From assembly GCA_965199715.1 (NCBI GenBank), contig OZ241322.1:2272001-2336000 (forward strand): a stretch of DNA of 64,000 nucleotides, in the 5' to 3' direction. The stretch comes from Vicinamibacteria bacterium (GTDB taxonomy: Bacteria; Acidobacteriota; Vicinamibacteria; Marinacidobacterales; Marinacidobacteraceae). The notes under the pieces are model-generated. The model was not told where the DNA came from. It saw nothing but the letters and a program-made list of their open reading frames with translations, and ran no database searches. Shown here piece after piece: positions 19,225 through 28,105 of the stretch. How positions within the stretch are numbered: the stretch's first letter is position 1; each line of letters starts with the position of its first letter. The position numbers and the translations under genes were made by a program.

Positions 19225-20102
19225 GAGGCCCTCTCTACGGCGTCTTCCATGATTTGGTCCAGATCGTCGTCGCGCAGGACACCCAATTCGAGAGCGCCCT
19301 GCAGCGCCGTCGTCCTTCTGCACAGGCGGCGAAGACCCTTGGAGGAACGCAGTTTCGTTTTCTCCGTCTTGTCTAGGAAACAGGCCAAGGCGCGCAGGAA
19401 GGAACCGCGGATGTTGTCGGACCCAAAGGTTGAGTTGCGGAACACGATCCGGTCCACGAACTTCTCCCAATAGTCCTGACTGAGGCGCACGACGGCGCGA
19501 ATCCGTGCGGCGCACTCTTCATCGCCACGACTCGCTTGCGCAACGATGCGCTCGCGCCACCACGCCCTTGCGAAAGGACAGTCCACGAAAACCGACCGAT
19601 TGCCGCGCACCTCGGGCAGCCCCCCCAAGCGTCGGAGGACAGTACGCACACACGAATCCATCAACTTGGGTGCCTGTTGGGATGAGTCGGCCAACGCGGC
19701 GTCGATGCGCTCGGCGCCGCCGGAGAGATTCCCGCCATTGCACGCCAAGTAGGCGGACTCGATCCGCCCCTCCCGGATGTGAGTCAGCGTGAGATTGGCC
19801 CAGAAAGCAGACCTTGAAGCGGCGGCCGGGGTCAGCGCGGACCACATCAAGAACAGTGCGTGCTCGGTGTCACTCGGTGGGTCCTTGTACTCGTTCTCTG
19901 TCAATGGATCCGCCGCTACTGCCGCGCGAGTGGCGCCCATCCGGGGGATCTCGGTGAAATAATCCAAGAACTTCGTCGACTCGCACGCAGCCTCCAAGAA
20001 TTCTCGCTGGGCATCCGATCCCTTCTCTCGGAGGAGTGTTCTCCGGGTCTTCGTGTAGACGGCGTCATCCAAGACCTCGAAGTCCGCCCCAGAGCCGCTC
20101 AT
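19221..20102 (-). CDS. Uncharacterised helical protein, DUF6339-like
   Basis: LTPAAASRSAFWANLTLTH and DCPFARAWW resemble the LTP-x-A-x-W-x-LTH / RLWW pattern of DUF6339. ATGA overlap with the upstream gene. Confidence 0.55.
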   Translation of the reverse strand: MSGSGADFEVLDDAVYTKTRRTLLREKGSDAQREFLEAACESTKFLDYFTEIPRMGATRAAVAADPLTENEYKDPPSDTEHALFLMWSALTPAAASRSAFWANLTLTHIREGRIESAYLACNGGNLSGGAERIDAALADSSQQAPKLMDSCVRTVLRRLGGLPEVRGNRSVFVDCPFARAWWRERIVAQASRGDEECAARIRAVVRLSQDYWEKFVDRIVFRNSTFGSDNIRGSFLRALACFLDKTEKTKLRSSKGLRRLCRRTTALQGALELGVLRDDDLDQIMEDAVERAS

Positions 20103-20974
20103 GCGCTCGCTGCGCCGTCGACTTCTGTCGTGGGCTCACTGGGAACGACCAGGGGAGTCAACTCCGTTGCGACCTTTTCTGGACGGAATCCCGAGTCACT
20201 CCAGTGCCCGAGCTTCTTCTGGCTCAGTTGATCCGCCAGCGATCGGAGGGCCGAGTGCGACTTCCATCCCATCTCTCCATCGTCATCGGCGAAGTCTCGC
20301 TGCAGCCGTGCCAGACAGGCGGTCACAATGTGGGTCAGCGTGTTGTGACGCTCGATGGCGTCGCGGCGGAAGCGCAGGAACTTGTGCATGTCGCGATCAA
20401 CCTTGACGCGAAAGCGGAACGGTTCCGTGTCCACGTCCACTTCTACATGTCCCTTCGGAGCCTCGTCATTGGTCTTCAGATGGATCAGGTGGAAGACTGA
20501 GGTCTGAAGTTGGAACACGTTGCCGACGGCAAGGCGGGACCCAGGCCTGAGCATGATGGTCCGCTTGTCCCAGATCTGATGTACGTCATGACTCGCCGCG
20601 CTGAGACTGACCGATTGATGTCGCCTACAGACGATAAGCGGCGTGAAGAGTGGTGGTTCGGCGAGCTCCGCGTCCTTCCAAGCTACGTCGTGCTGAGGAG
20701 AATCGGACACGTGTATCTTGCGGTAACCGGACGAGGGCGCTGACACGATGCATGCGAACCGAACGGAGCCTGTCTTCACAAGGTTGCCGATCAGGCCCGC
20801 GTGTTGAGTGCGGTGGGTAATTCGAAAGGACGTTCGATCCTCGCCGGCCTCGAAATCCAGCCAGTAGCGTCCGAGGGGAAACGAGGGGTTTCCCGGCTCC
20901 AGAATAGGGTGGTCGTGCGAGCGCACCGCGTTAGTGAACTGAGGTTCGACGACCGTGATTTGCGTGATCGCCAT
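20099..20974 (-). CDS. Uncharacterised beta-rich protein (HPIL N-terminal motif)
   Basis: 291-aa ORF inside the operon. The N-terminal SHDHPILEP resembles the (Y/F)PHPVL start of proteins I recall following GHKL-like genes. Confidence 0.65.
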   Translation of the reverse strand: MAITQITVVEPQFTNAVRSHDHPILEPGNPSFPLGRYWLDFEAGEDRTSFRITHRTQHAGLIGNLVKTGSVRFACIVSAPSSGYRKIHVSDSPQHDVAWKDAELAEPPLFTPLIVCRRHQSVSLSAASHDVHQIWDKRTIMLRPGSRLAVGNVFQLQTSVFHLIHLKTNDEAPKGHVEVDVDTEPFRFRVKVDRDMHKFLRFRRDAIERHNTLTHIVTACLARLQRDFADDDGEMGWKSHSALRSLADQLSQKKLGHWSDSGFRPEKVATELTPLVVPSEPTTEVDGAASA

Positions 20975-20991
20975 CGCTACCGTTCCGAGTC

Positions 20992-22962
20992 TTAGTCGCT
21001 GGTGGATTCTGCAGTGTCCGACGGTGCGCTCTGGAACAGCTGAACCCGGAGCGATGCCCCGGCCATGCCAGCGAAGTCGCCGGCAAGGCCGTAGTCCACA
21101 TTGACGACCTTGACTTCGCCCGCACGCAGTTGGCCGATGCGGATTCCCGTCACGACTGCGCCCGTCTTCACCAAGGCGCTCTGTGTGGCCTCTTTGCCGT
21201 CGATTTGAACATTGTCCAATTCGAGCGGTGTGTACTCGTCTTGGCCGGGTCGTAGGCAGGTCGCGTCGAGCGCCTCGTCCACAACGAGGCGGAGCTCGGC
21301 GTCATTGAAATCCTTGATTGACTCGACGTGGATCGAGCGTCGCGACGATCCGAGGGGGCACGACACGACTCGAAAACATTCCGGGAGCGACGGTCTCCGG
21401 CGTTGGTCGGGATTCCGGGGAGGCGAGGATCGACTCTTGCTGGCTGTTGCTCCACTGGGTTCACCGGTCCCACGGGGGACGGGGACTTCAAACGGACGCT
21501 GTCGGTTCGGGTTCTGAGCGATCACGCTGGGGCTACCCCAGAAGTTGCTACGCGTCTTGCCACCGGTGCCTGTACCGTCCTCAGAGTCGATAGAGAGGAA
21601 GTCGTCGGCTGCGAACGCGTCTGTGCGGATTTCCTGTGTGTTGTCGCGAATCCAATCCTTGATCTCGTGAAACGCAGCGCGGCAGGCCCTGCGGTTGAGA
21701 GGAGGAAGGCGCTTGATGTGGATTGCGTCGTGCAGCGGTCCCTCCGCCAGTCGAACGAATTCGTGAAGGTCGTCGCCAGGCACGGAGTCAAGGCAGAGGA
21801 CTGCGTGGAAGGGGACCCGGTCACCGAAGTAGCTCGTAATGCCCGGGAGTCCTGAGGTGATCCACATCCCGTTCCGGCAAATGTCAATGCGTGTTCGTCC
21901 GCTTGGCCGTTCCAACAGATGGATTTCAACGTCGCCGCTGCTCGTCTTGATCGTGTCAATCGATCCGCCTCGGTGCGCTTCGTTGGCTTCGAATGCGTCA
22001 CGACCGTTCAGAAAAGCTCGCCGCTGAACGGTACTGGCGTTGCGCCGCAGAATCTCGAGCAGATTGGACTTGTCCAGAGTGCTGGAGCCGAATTCAGGGC
22101 TCGGACGCGCATCCTCGACCGTCACGATGAGATCGCCTCGAGCAATCGCAACGAAAAAATTGGCGGCGGCAGCGGCGGACACGACGCGATCAAGATCGTC
22201 ACTTCCCTTGTGCAGGAAGTGGTTGAAACCGGGGATGGTGACCGCACTCCCGTGGTCCCACGAACTGCGAATTTCCGTGAGTATGTCCTTGAAGAAATGA
22301 GGTATGTCGCGGCCAGTGGCAAAGTGGTAGGGCCGACCACCACTTCCGAATCCCTTTACTAAAAAACCGTCACCCGATCGAAGCGTGCCGCCACGGTTGA
22401 AGTGGGATGCGAGGACGGCGTGGCCGCACGCAATCCTCCGACCGCTGGACGTGACGCCGGCATACAGCAGATAACGAAGATTGGAAGCCGGGATCGCCGT
22501 TGTATGGCCGTTCCCGTAGGTGCCGGTTGCGCCCGTCCCTTTGACGCTTACGCCGTCACTGAGAAGTGCCGTGAGTCGTTTCCTGTCGAGGCCGACGCCG
22601 TTGTCGAGAACCGTGAGTACCTCGATCTCATCGCGAGCGAGCTCCTCCTTCATGCGGGCCACAACAAGCTGGGCCTGCTGCGCCAGATCGCCGCCAACCC
22701 TCCGCTGCGTTGCGACCGCGTGCCTGAGTGCCTCCTTGTACGAGGCCATTCCCGGGATCTGCGTCCGCTCGATGCGCGACAACCGAAACAGCACGTGGGC
22801 AGGAGTGCGGTCGGCCTCTCTGGCCGCATCCATGGCGTTCTGGATCAGTTCTCGAACGATCGCCGCTGGACGCAGGTCGTCGAAAGCGGCGATGCCCGCG
22901 GCAGTGAAACCGGAGATACCGTCACTCCGCCCGAATCGCAGATCCGGCGCTCCGTGCGGCAT
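20992..22962 (-). CDS. GHKL (MutL/Hsp90/MORC-type) ATPase domain protein
   Basis: N-box IVRELIQNAMDA, G1 VLDNGVGL, G2 SVKGTGATGTYGNG; middle region RNGMWIT..AEGPLHD; low-complexity linker then a beta-rich C-terminus. Confidence 0.75.
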   Translation of the reverse strand: MPHGAPDLRFGRSDGISGFTAAGIAAFDDLRPAAIVRELIQNAMDAAREADRTPAHVLFRLSRIERTQIPGMASYKEALRHAVATQRRVGGDLAQQAQLVVARMKEELARDEIEVLTVLDNGVGLDRKRLTALLSDGVSVKGTGATGTYGNGHTTAIPASNLRYLLYAGVTSSGRRIACGHAVLASHFNRGGTLRSGDGFLVKGFGSGGRPYHFATGRDIPHFFKDILTEIRSSWDHGSAVTIPGFNHFLHKGSDDLDRVVSAAAAANFFVAIARGDLIVTVEDARPSPEFGSSTLDKSNLLEILRRNASTVQRRAFLNGRDAFEANEAHRGGSIDTIKTSSGDVEIHLLERPSGRTRIDICRNGMWITSGLPGITSYFGDRVPFHAVLCLDSVPGDDLHEFVRLAEGPLHDAIHIKRLPPLNRRACRAAFHEIKDWIRDNTQEIRTDAFAADDFLSIDSEDGTGTGGKTRSNFWGSPSVIAQNPNRQRPFEVPVPRGTGEPSGATASKSRSSPPRNPDQRRRPSLPECFRVVSCPLGSSRRSIHVESIKDFNDAELRLVVDEALDATCLRPGQDEYTPLELDNVQIDGKEATQSALVKTGAVVTGIRIGQLRAGEVKVVNVDYGLAGDFAGMAGASLRVQLFQSAPSDTAESTSD

Positions 22963-22968
22963 GTCGGT

Positions 22969-24120
22969 TCAGGCGGCTAGAGCGGGTGCCACGGCGGCTG
23001 CGAGGGCCGCGACCGCCTCGCTGACGTCCTCGTCCGTCGTGAAACGTCCGAGACCGATGCGGACGCCGGTCGAGGCTGCAGCCCGGTCAAGACCCAGCGC
23101 GAGCAACACGCGGGATGGCTCGAAGGTCGCCGATGCGCACGCTGATCCCGACGAGATGGCGATCCGTTCGGACACGGCGCGGATGACCTCGTCGGCATTC
23201 AGCCCCGGGAAGCCGACGTTCAGGTTTCCGGCTACGCGCTCACGCTCGTGGCCGAACAGTCGCAGGTCTGGTCTAACCGCACGGAGTTCGTTGTAGAGGC
23301 GTTTCGTCAGCGACGCGATCCGGGCCCGATCTTCCTCCTGCCGCACTAGGGCCACCTCGCACGCCCTTCCGAATCCGGCGATCAGGGCTGTGGGCACGGT
23401 GCCGCCCCGGCGGCTCCGTTCCTGGGAGCCGCCGGTGATGACCGGTCGGAGTTCGACCCCCGAGCGCACGTACAGGGCCCCCACCCCCTTGGGTCCGTAA
23501 ACCTTGTGGCTCGAGATGCTGAGGAGATCCACGCCCCACTCATCGACATCAATGGTCAGCCGACCGGCCGCCTGTGTCGCATCCGTGTGGAAGAGCGCGC
23601 CGCAGGCATGACAGAGCTCGGCGATCTCCGGGATCGGCTGCAGGACTCCGATTTCGTTGTTCACGGCCATCACCGAGACGATCAGCGTGCGCTCGTCCAG
23701 AACTGACTCAAGGCGCCCAAGATCAGCAAGCCCGTCCTTCCCGACGGGGAGAATCGCAATCTCATGGCCGTCGCTACCCAGATCCCGCACGGTCTCAAGG
23801 ACCGCCGCGTGCTCGGTGGCCAGCGTCACAATGCGATTTCGGCCACCGTTGCGTTTTCGGTTGGCGACGCCACGCAGCGCGAGGTTGCAGCTCTCCGTCG
23901 CCCCGGACGTGAACACGATCTCATCGTCGTCGGCGTTCAGAAGGCTTGCGACCTGCGCCCTGCCGAGTCGGACCGCCTGGGATGCGTTCCAGCCGAACCG
24001 ATGGCCGTGCGAATGCGGATTGCCGAACTCCTCTGCGAGGTAGGGGCACATCGCCTCCCGAACTTCAGGATCCATCGGAGTCGTCGCCTGGTAGTCCAGA
24101 TAGACGGGCCTGTGACTCAT
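22969..24120 (-). CDS. Group I cysteine desulfurase (DndA/IscS-like)
   Basis: YLDYQATTP, FGNPHS, FTSGATES, EHAAV, DATQ, PLP-lysine SSHKVYGPKGVG, catalytic SSGSACAS. ATG at 24120 overlaps the upstream stop (ATGA). Confidence 0.93.
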   Translation of the reverse strand: MSHRPVYLDYQATTPMDPEVREAMCPYLAEEFGNPHSHGHRFGWNASQAVRLGRAQVASLLNADDDEIVFTSGATESCNLALRGVANRKRNGGRNRIVTLATEHAAVLETVRDLGSDGHEIAILPVGKDGLADLGRLESVLDERTLIVSVMAVNNEIGVLQPIPEIAELCHACGALFHTDATQAAGRLTIDVDEWGVDLLSISSHKVYGPKGVGALYVRSGVELRPVITGGSQERSRRGGTVPTALIAGFGRACEVALVRQEEDRARIASLTKRLYNELRAVRPDLRLFGHERERVAGNLNVGFPGLNADEVIRAVSERIAISSGSACASATFEPSRVLLALGLDRAAASTGVRIGLGRFTTDEDVSEAVAALAAAVAPALAA

Positions 24121-25607
24121 TCGGTGCAGTCGCAGGGGAGCATCGTCTCGGCGAGTGCGCCCAGCTCGCGGCCGTTGGCCACGTCGTCGTAGGAAAAGTC
24201 GTTGTTGCCGAAGAATCCGATGTGCTTCACCTTGCTTCGCGTAGCTCGCTTCTCTGCCTCGAGATCGCGCCCGTACTTCGCCTCCATTCGCTTCCACCAC
24301 GCCAAGTCACACGGCGTGCCCGAAAATGCACCGTTCCCACCTGCTCCGTTGGTCATGTGGGCGTGAACGGTCCTCAGATTCACCGCGCCCTTGAGGAAGC
24401 AGTACACGCAGTTGGACAGGCCAGAGTCATGTGGCAGCTTCAGATCCCACGTTTGGCCCTCCCAGAAGCGATTCACGTCCTCCCTGGCGACCGCCATGTC
24501 GGCGAGCGGCATATAGATGTGCTCGCCCTCATAGCCTGAAGCGGAGTCGTTGCGGCTGCTCACTCGCTGCACCCGGTGCGGCTCATCGTGGCGCAGGCCG
24601 ATGAACGCTACGTACTGGGCGCCGCCTTTGCCGAACCGAGCCTTGCCGCCGAAGGTCTTGCCCTTGAGATGTTCGTTCTCGAACGGCGTCCAATCGGGCC
24701 AGTAGTCCTCGAATCGTTGCTCAGGTCGAAAGTGAGGCCTCTCCCAAGCGAACCGACGCTTCTCAAGGAAGATTTCCCTGGGCACGCCGCCCTGGTTCTT
24801 CAGGTGCCGCCGGTAGGCCGCGTCCGGGTTCATGCGTGGCCTGCGTCCAAAGTGACCCATGCGCGGAATTCCGGGCTTCCCGGAGAACCAATCCCGAAGA
24901 AAGGCGCGAGTCACTTCCAGCTTGAGGTGTCGCGTGCAGATTCGCTGGAACTGATTCGGGACGTAGCCTGACCACGACAGTAGTTCCTCAAACACCTCGC
25001 CTTGCCAGTGGAACCCATTCGGGTTGGACGCCGACCGGGGGTTCTCGTTCACAAGGCGGTAAGTCGGAAGACGTGTCCATTCCCCCTGCCGGGCGTCCTC
25101 GTAGGTTTGGAATTCGATCTGAAAGAACGGGATTCCGTAGCGGTGCGCGGCGCGGATGCAGTCCCCTACGAACTCGTAAGTGCCCGGGTGCTCCGCGGCC
25201 GTGTTGTTGAAGACGATCACGTCGCCCCGGTCCTGCCGCAGGAGTCCGTTGTGGAGAAGCGTGAAGAGAAGCATCCCGCTGGAACGGCCGCCGGAAAACT
25301 TCACGACGTGCGGCAGCGAGCTGTGCTTTCTGGACCGGTACCGGAAGAGATGCGCACGGTTCGGGTCGTGCGTGGCAGGGGAGCGGGCGATCCTCGTTGA
25401 GGGCGACAGCGACGGGATGCCGCAAACCTCAAAGCTCGGGGCCGATTGTGGGCCCGGTCGGGTGGCAGCCGGTTCGCTGGTCACCGGCGGCTGCGCCGAG
25501 GTGATCGGAAGCTCCCATGCCGTGTTCGCACCGATGACGGTTGAACCCTGAGAGCCGTCCGAACGTCGGCTCGCCTGCGACGCGGTGACCATGCCCAATT
25601 GTGGCAT
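24117..25607 (-). CDS. PAPS-reductase / adenine-nucleotide alpha-hydrolase family protein, phage NinC-like subtype
   Basis: PP-loop VVKFSGGRSSGM, FNNTAAEHPGTYEFV, RICTRHLK, FIGLRHDEPHRV, YMPL, SNCVYCFLKG, C-terminal PCDC. The first ~85 aa are low-complexity, so the start is uncertain. Confidence 0.8.
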   Translation of the reverse strand: MPQLGMVTASQASRRSDGSQGSTVIGANTAWELPITSAQPPVTSEPAATRPGPQSAPSFEVCGIPSLSPSTRIARSPATHDPNRAHLFRYRSRKHSSLPHVVKFSGGRSSGMLLFTLLHNGLLRQDRGDVIVFNNTAAEHPGTYEFVGDCIRAAHRYGIPFFQIEFQTYEDARQGEWTRLPTYRLVNENPRSASNPNGFHWQGEVFEELLSWSGYVPNQFQRICTRHLKLEVTRAFLRDWFSGKPGIPRMGHFGRRPRMNPDAAYRRHLKNQGGVPREIFLEKRRFAWERPHFRPEQRFEDYWPDWTPFENEHLKGKTFGGKARFGKGGAQYVAFIGLRHDEPHRVQRVSSRNDSASGYEGEHIYMPLADMAVAREDVNRFWEGQTWDLKLPHDSGLSNCVYCFLKGAVNLRTVHAHMTNGAGGNGAFSGTPCDLAWWKRMEAKYGRDLEAEKRATRSKVKHIGFFGNNDFSYDDVANGRELGALAETMLPCDCTE

Positions 25608-25652
25608 GTGCGGGTGTCAGAATGAGTCACAGCCGTCTCTCTGAATCAGCCC

Positions 25653-28055
25653 CTACGGCGCCGGTTCCAGCATCAGCCGGTGCTCGGTCACCGATTCCAC
25701 GCGCCCCCGGGTGTACGCCAGCGGGAAGTACTGGTTGCGCACCCAGAGGTCGAACAGGTCGCGGTAGTGGGGGTTCATCGGATCGCCTGACTGGCCGGGG
25801 GTCGAGGTCGCGATCGAGTTGTCCCAGTCGGACGGGTCGAGGATGACGCGGAAGCTGCCGCCGGAGCGCTGGTTGTCGCCGCCGCCGGTGTTGTTCACGG
25901 TGGACTCGTAGCCGCCCCGGGGGTAGGGGCCGACCTCGAGCAACTGCCGGGTCTCCTCGTCCACCGCGTCCGCCATGTAGTGCGTGATGTGGACGTGCTT
26001 CATGTTTTCCTGCCCGTAGCGCCAGTTCGCCATGTCGGTTCCGAGCCGCTCCTCGACGTCCTGGACGCCGTCGGCGAGCGCCTTGACCAGCAGCGCGTCC
26101 CGGGCGTTGATGGGATCGTTCCCGAACCGGCCGTCGGGGGCCATCAGGTGGTCGAGCATCCGCTTCTTGTTCACCCGAGAGACGTAATCCCGCGCCGCTT
26201 CCGGGATGTACAGCTCGCCGACCGCTTCCGACACGCGCCGCTCGAAGTGCAGGTAGATCGTGGCCGCGACCGAATCCATTCCCATCACGAAGTCCCAATC
26301 CTTGAGCAGCGTCAGCGCCGGGCTCTCGGGCGGCTCGGCGAGCAGCAGCAGCGGCACGAGGTTGCGCGCCACGACGCTGAGCTCGTCGTGCTGGTAGGCC
26401 ATCATGTCCTGGACGGTCATGCGCCGCCCGTCGCGCATCAGCTCGTCCACCCGCAGGCCCCGCATCTCGTCGCCCCACGTGAAGTGGAGCGCCTCGGGGT
26501 GCGGATAGTCCGACTGGACCGCCGGCGCCATCAGGTTGTTCGCGGTGCCCCAGAAGCCTTTCTCCGGGTTCTTCACCGAGGGCAGCGCCTTGATCGGGAG
26601 CAGGCCCGACCACTCGTAGCGCCCGTCGCCGGGAACCGGCACGAGGCCGCTCCAGTTCGCGTTGCGGATCGGCGACACGCCCACCGCCTGGTAGCCGATG
26701 TTGCCCTTGACGTCGCCCCAGATCATGTTCTCGGCCGGGATGCCGCTGTAGGCGCACGCCTCGACGAACTCCTCCCAGGTGCGCGCCTGGTCCATGCGCA
26801 GGCTGGCGAGATAGGGAGAGTTGCCGATCTCGAGCCAGGCGGCGTTGAGCGCGTACGCCTTGTGGTTCTCGCCGTCCTCGTGGAGCACCGGCCCGTGGCG
26901 GGTGTACTTGAGCGTCGCGACGTGGTCGGCCTGTCCCTTCACCCGGATCGTTTCCGTCCGGATCGTCATCGCTTCCCACTCGCCGAGGTAGCGGTACTCG
27001 TGGGGGTTCTCCGGGTTCGTGTCATAGACCATCAGGTCCTCGTTGTCCTGCCCGAAGACGGTCAGGCCCCACCCGCCGTATTCGTTGTGCCCGATGGAGA
27101 GGCCGGGCAGCACCGGCTCGCCGCCCCCGATCACGTTCCATCCCGGCCCCTTGATGTGGACGAAGTACCGGAGCGACGGCGCCACGATGGTGCGATGCGG
27201 GTCGTTGACGATCAGCGGGAGTCCGGTCCAGGTGCGTTCGCCGCCGACGACCCAGTTGTTGCTGCCGATGTGCTCGCCGAGATCCACGAGCCGCAGCTCG
27301 GAGGGGAACTCCTCGAGCAGCGCCAGCCGCTCGGCGTCCCGGTTGCGGTACTCGGCGGCGATCTGGTCCGGGCTGAAGGTGACCGGTCCCCGGAAGGCCC
27401 GGTAGACGTCGAGGATCTCGGGCTTCAGCAGCGAGCCGTCGATCGCCGGATCCAGCGCGAGCTGCGGCGTCCCCGGCCGATACCAGTCCACGCCCATCAT
27501 CGCCTCGGGGCCGACCGCCGCCACCGCCATCCCGATGTTGAGCTCGCTCGTGACGTTCGAGAGCAGCCCCTGATGCCGGGAGATGACGTCCTTTTCGGTC
27601 CACGGTTCGGGAAGGATCCCGAGCAGCCGGAACTCCAGCGGCAGCGAGTCCGGATCCTGCCGCGCCCGCTCCACGGCGGCGTTGATCCCCCGCACGAACG
27701 CCGGGATGATCTTGTCGCCCCTCTCGTGGTACCAGCGCATCTCCTCGCCCATGTCCTTGCGGAACTGGTGGAGCCTCGTCCCGATGTCGCGCTGGAGCTC
27801 GCCCGGGCCGAGGATCTCGGCGACCGTGCCCGTGGCCTGCCGGCGCCACATCTCGAACTGGAAGAGCCGGTTCTCCGCCGCTCGGTAGCCCTGCGCGAAG
27901 AAGAGGTCGTCCTCGGTCTCCGCGTAGATGTGGTCCACTCCCCAGCGATCCACGAGCACCTCCACCGCCCGCTCCAGCCCGGCGACGGCGCGGGTCTCGT
28001 CCTGGGCGAGCCCCGGAGCGGCGAGAAGGATCAGCGCGGCGAGGAATCGGGTCAT
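25653..28055 (-). CDS. Penicillin acylase family (Ntn-hydrolase), secreted
   Basis: Signal peptide, VDRWGVDHIYA, FAQGY, autocleavage GSNNWVV, NDPH, TRHGPV, TANN, PGQSGDP. Confidence 0.92.
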   Translation of the reverse strand: MTRFLAALILLAAPGLAQDETRAVAGLERAVEVLVDRWGVDHIYAETEDDLFFAQGYRAAENRLFQFEMWRRQATGTVAEILGPGELQRDIGTRLHQFRKDMGEEMRWYHERGDKIIPAFVRGINAAVERARQDPDSLPLEFRLLGILPEPWTEKDVISRHQGLLSNVTSELNIGMAVAAVGPEAMMGVDWYRPGTPQLALDPAIDGSLLKPEILDVYRAFRGPVTFSPDQIAAEYRNRDAERLALLEEFPSELRLVDLGEHIGSNNWVVGGERTWTGLPLIVNDPHRTIVAPSLRYFVHIKGPGWNVIGGGEPVLPGLSIGHNEYGGWGLTVFGQDNEDLMVYDTNPENPHEYRYLGEWEAMTIRTETIRVKGQADHVATLKYTRHGPVLHEDGENHKAYALNAAWLEIGNSPYLASLRMDQARTWEEFVEACAYSGIPAENMIWGDVKGNIGYQAVGVSPIRNANWSGLVPVPGDGRYEWSGLLPIKALPSVKNPEKGFWGTANNLMAPAVQSDYPHPEALHFTWGDEMRGLRVDELMRDGRRMTVQDMMAYQHDELSVVARNLVPLLLLAEPPESPALTLLKDWDFVMGMDSVAATIYLHFERRVSEAVGELYIPEAARDYVSRVNKKRMLDHLMAPDGRFGNDPINARDALLVKALADGVQDVEERLGTDMANWRYGQENMKHVHITHYMADAVDEETRQLLEVGPYPRGGYESTVNNTGGGDNQRSGGSFRVILDPSDWDNSIATSTPGQSGDPMNPHYRDLFDLWVRNQYFPLAYTRGRVESVTEHRLMLEPAP

Positions 28056-28105
28056 GGGACGCTCCTTCGGGGACTCGATCATACCGGCTGATAATTTCCA
28101 CGCCG

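Larger units (their letters stand above)
10600..25650 (-). mobile_element. Horizontally acquired defence / DNA-modification island (no mobility gene seen)
   Basis: Compositional shift: line 22321-22380 is 31/60 G+C, versus 47/60 in backbone line 60661-60720. Eleven co-oriented, abutting genes sit between the addA region and penicillin acylase. Boundaries are approximate. Confidence 0.7.

Noticed and set aside
22969-25607. Housekeeping iscS / cysH
   Set aside because: No isc/suf or cys genes nearby, foreign composition, and the PP-loop protein lacks the CysH ECGLH tail. Gene symbols dndA/dndC were also withheld because orthology is unproven.
10585-25650. CTGAAT at both island edges (~10589 and ~25641) as a target-site duplication
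   Set aside because: Only 6 bp, could arise by chance, and no integrase, transposase or tRNA supports it.
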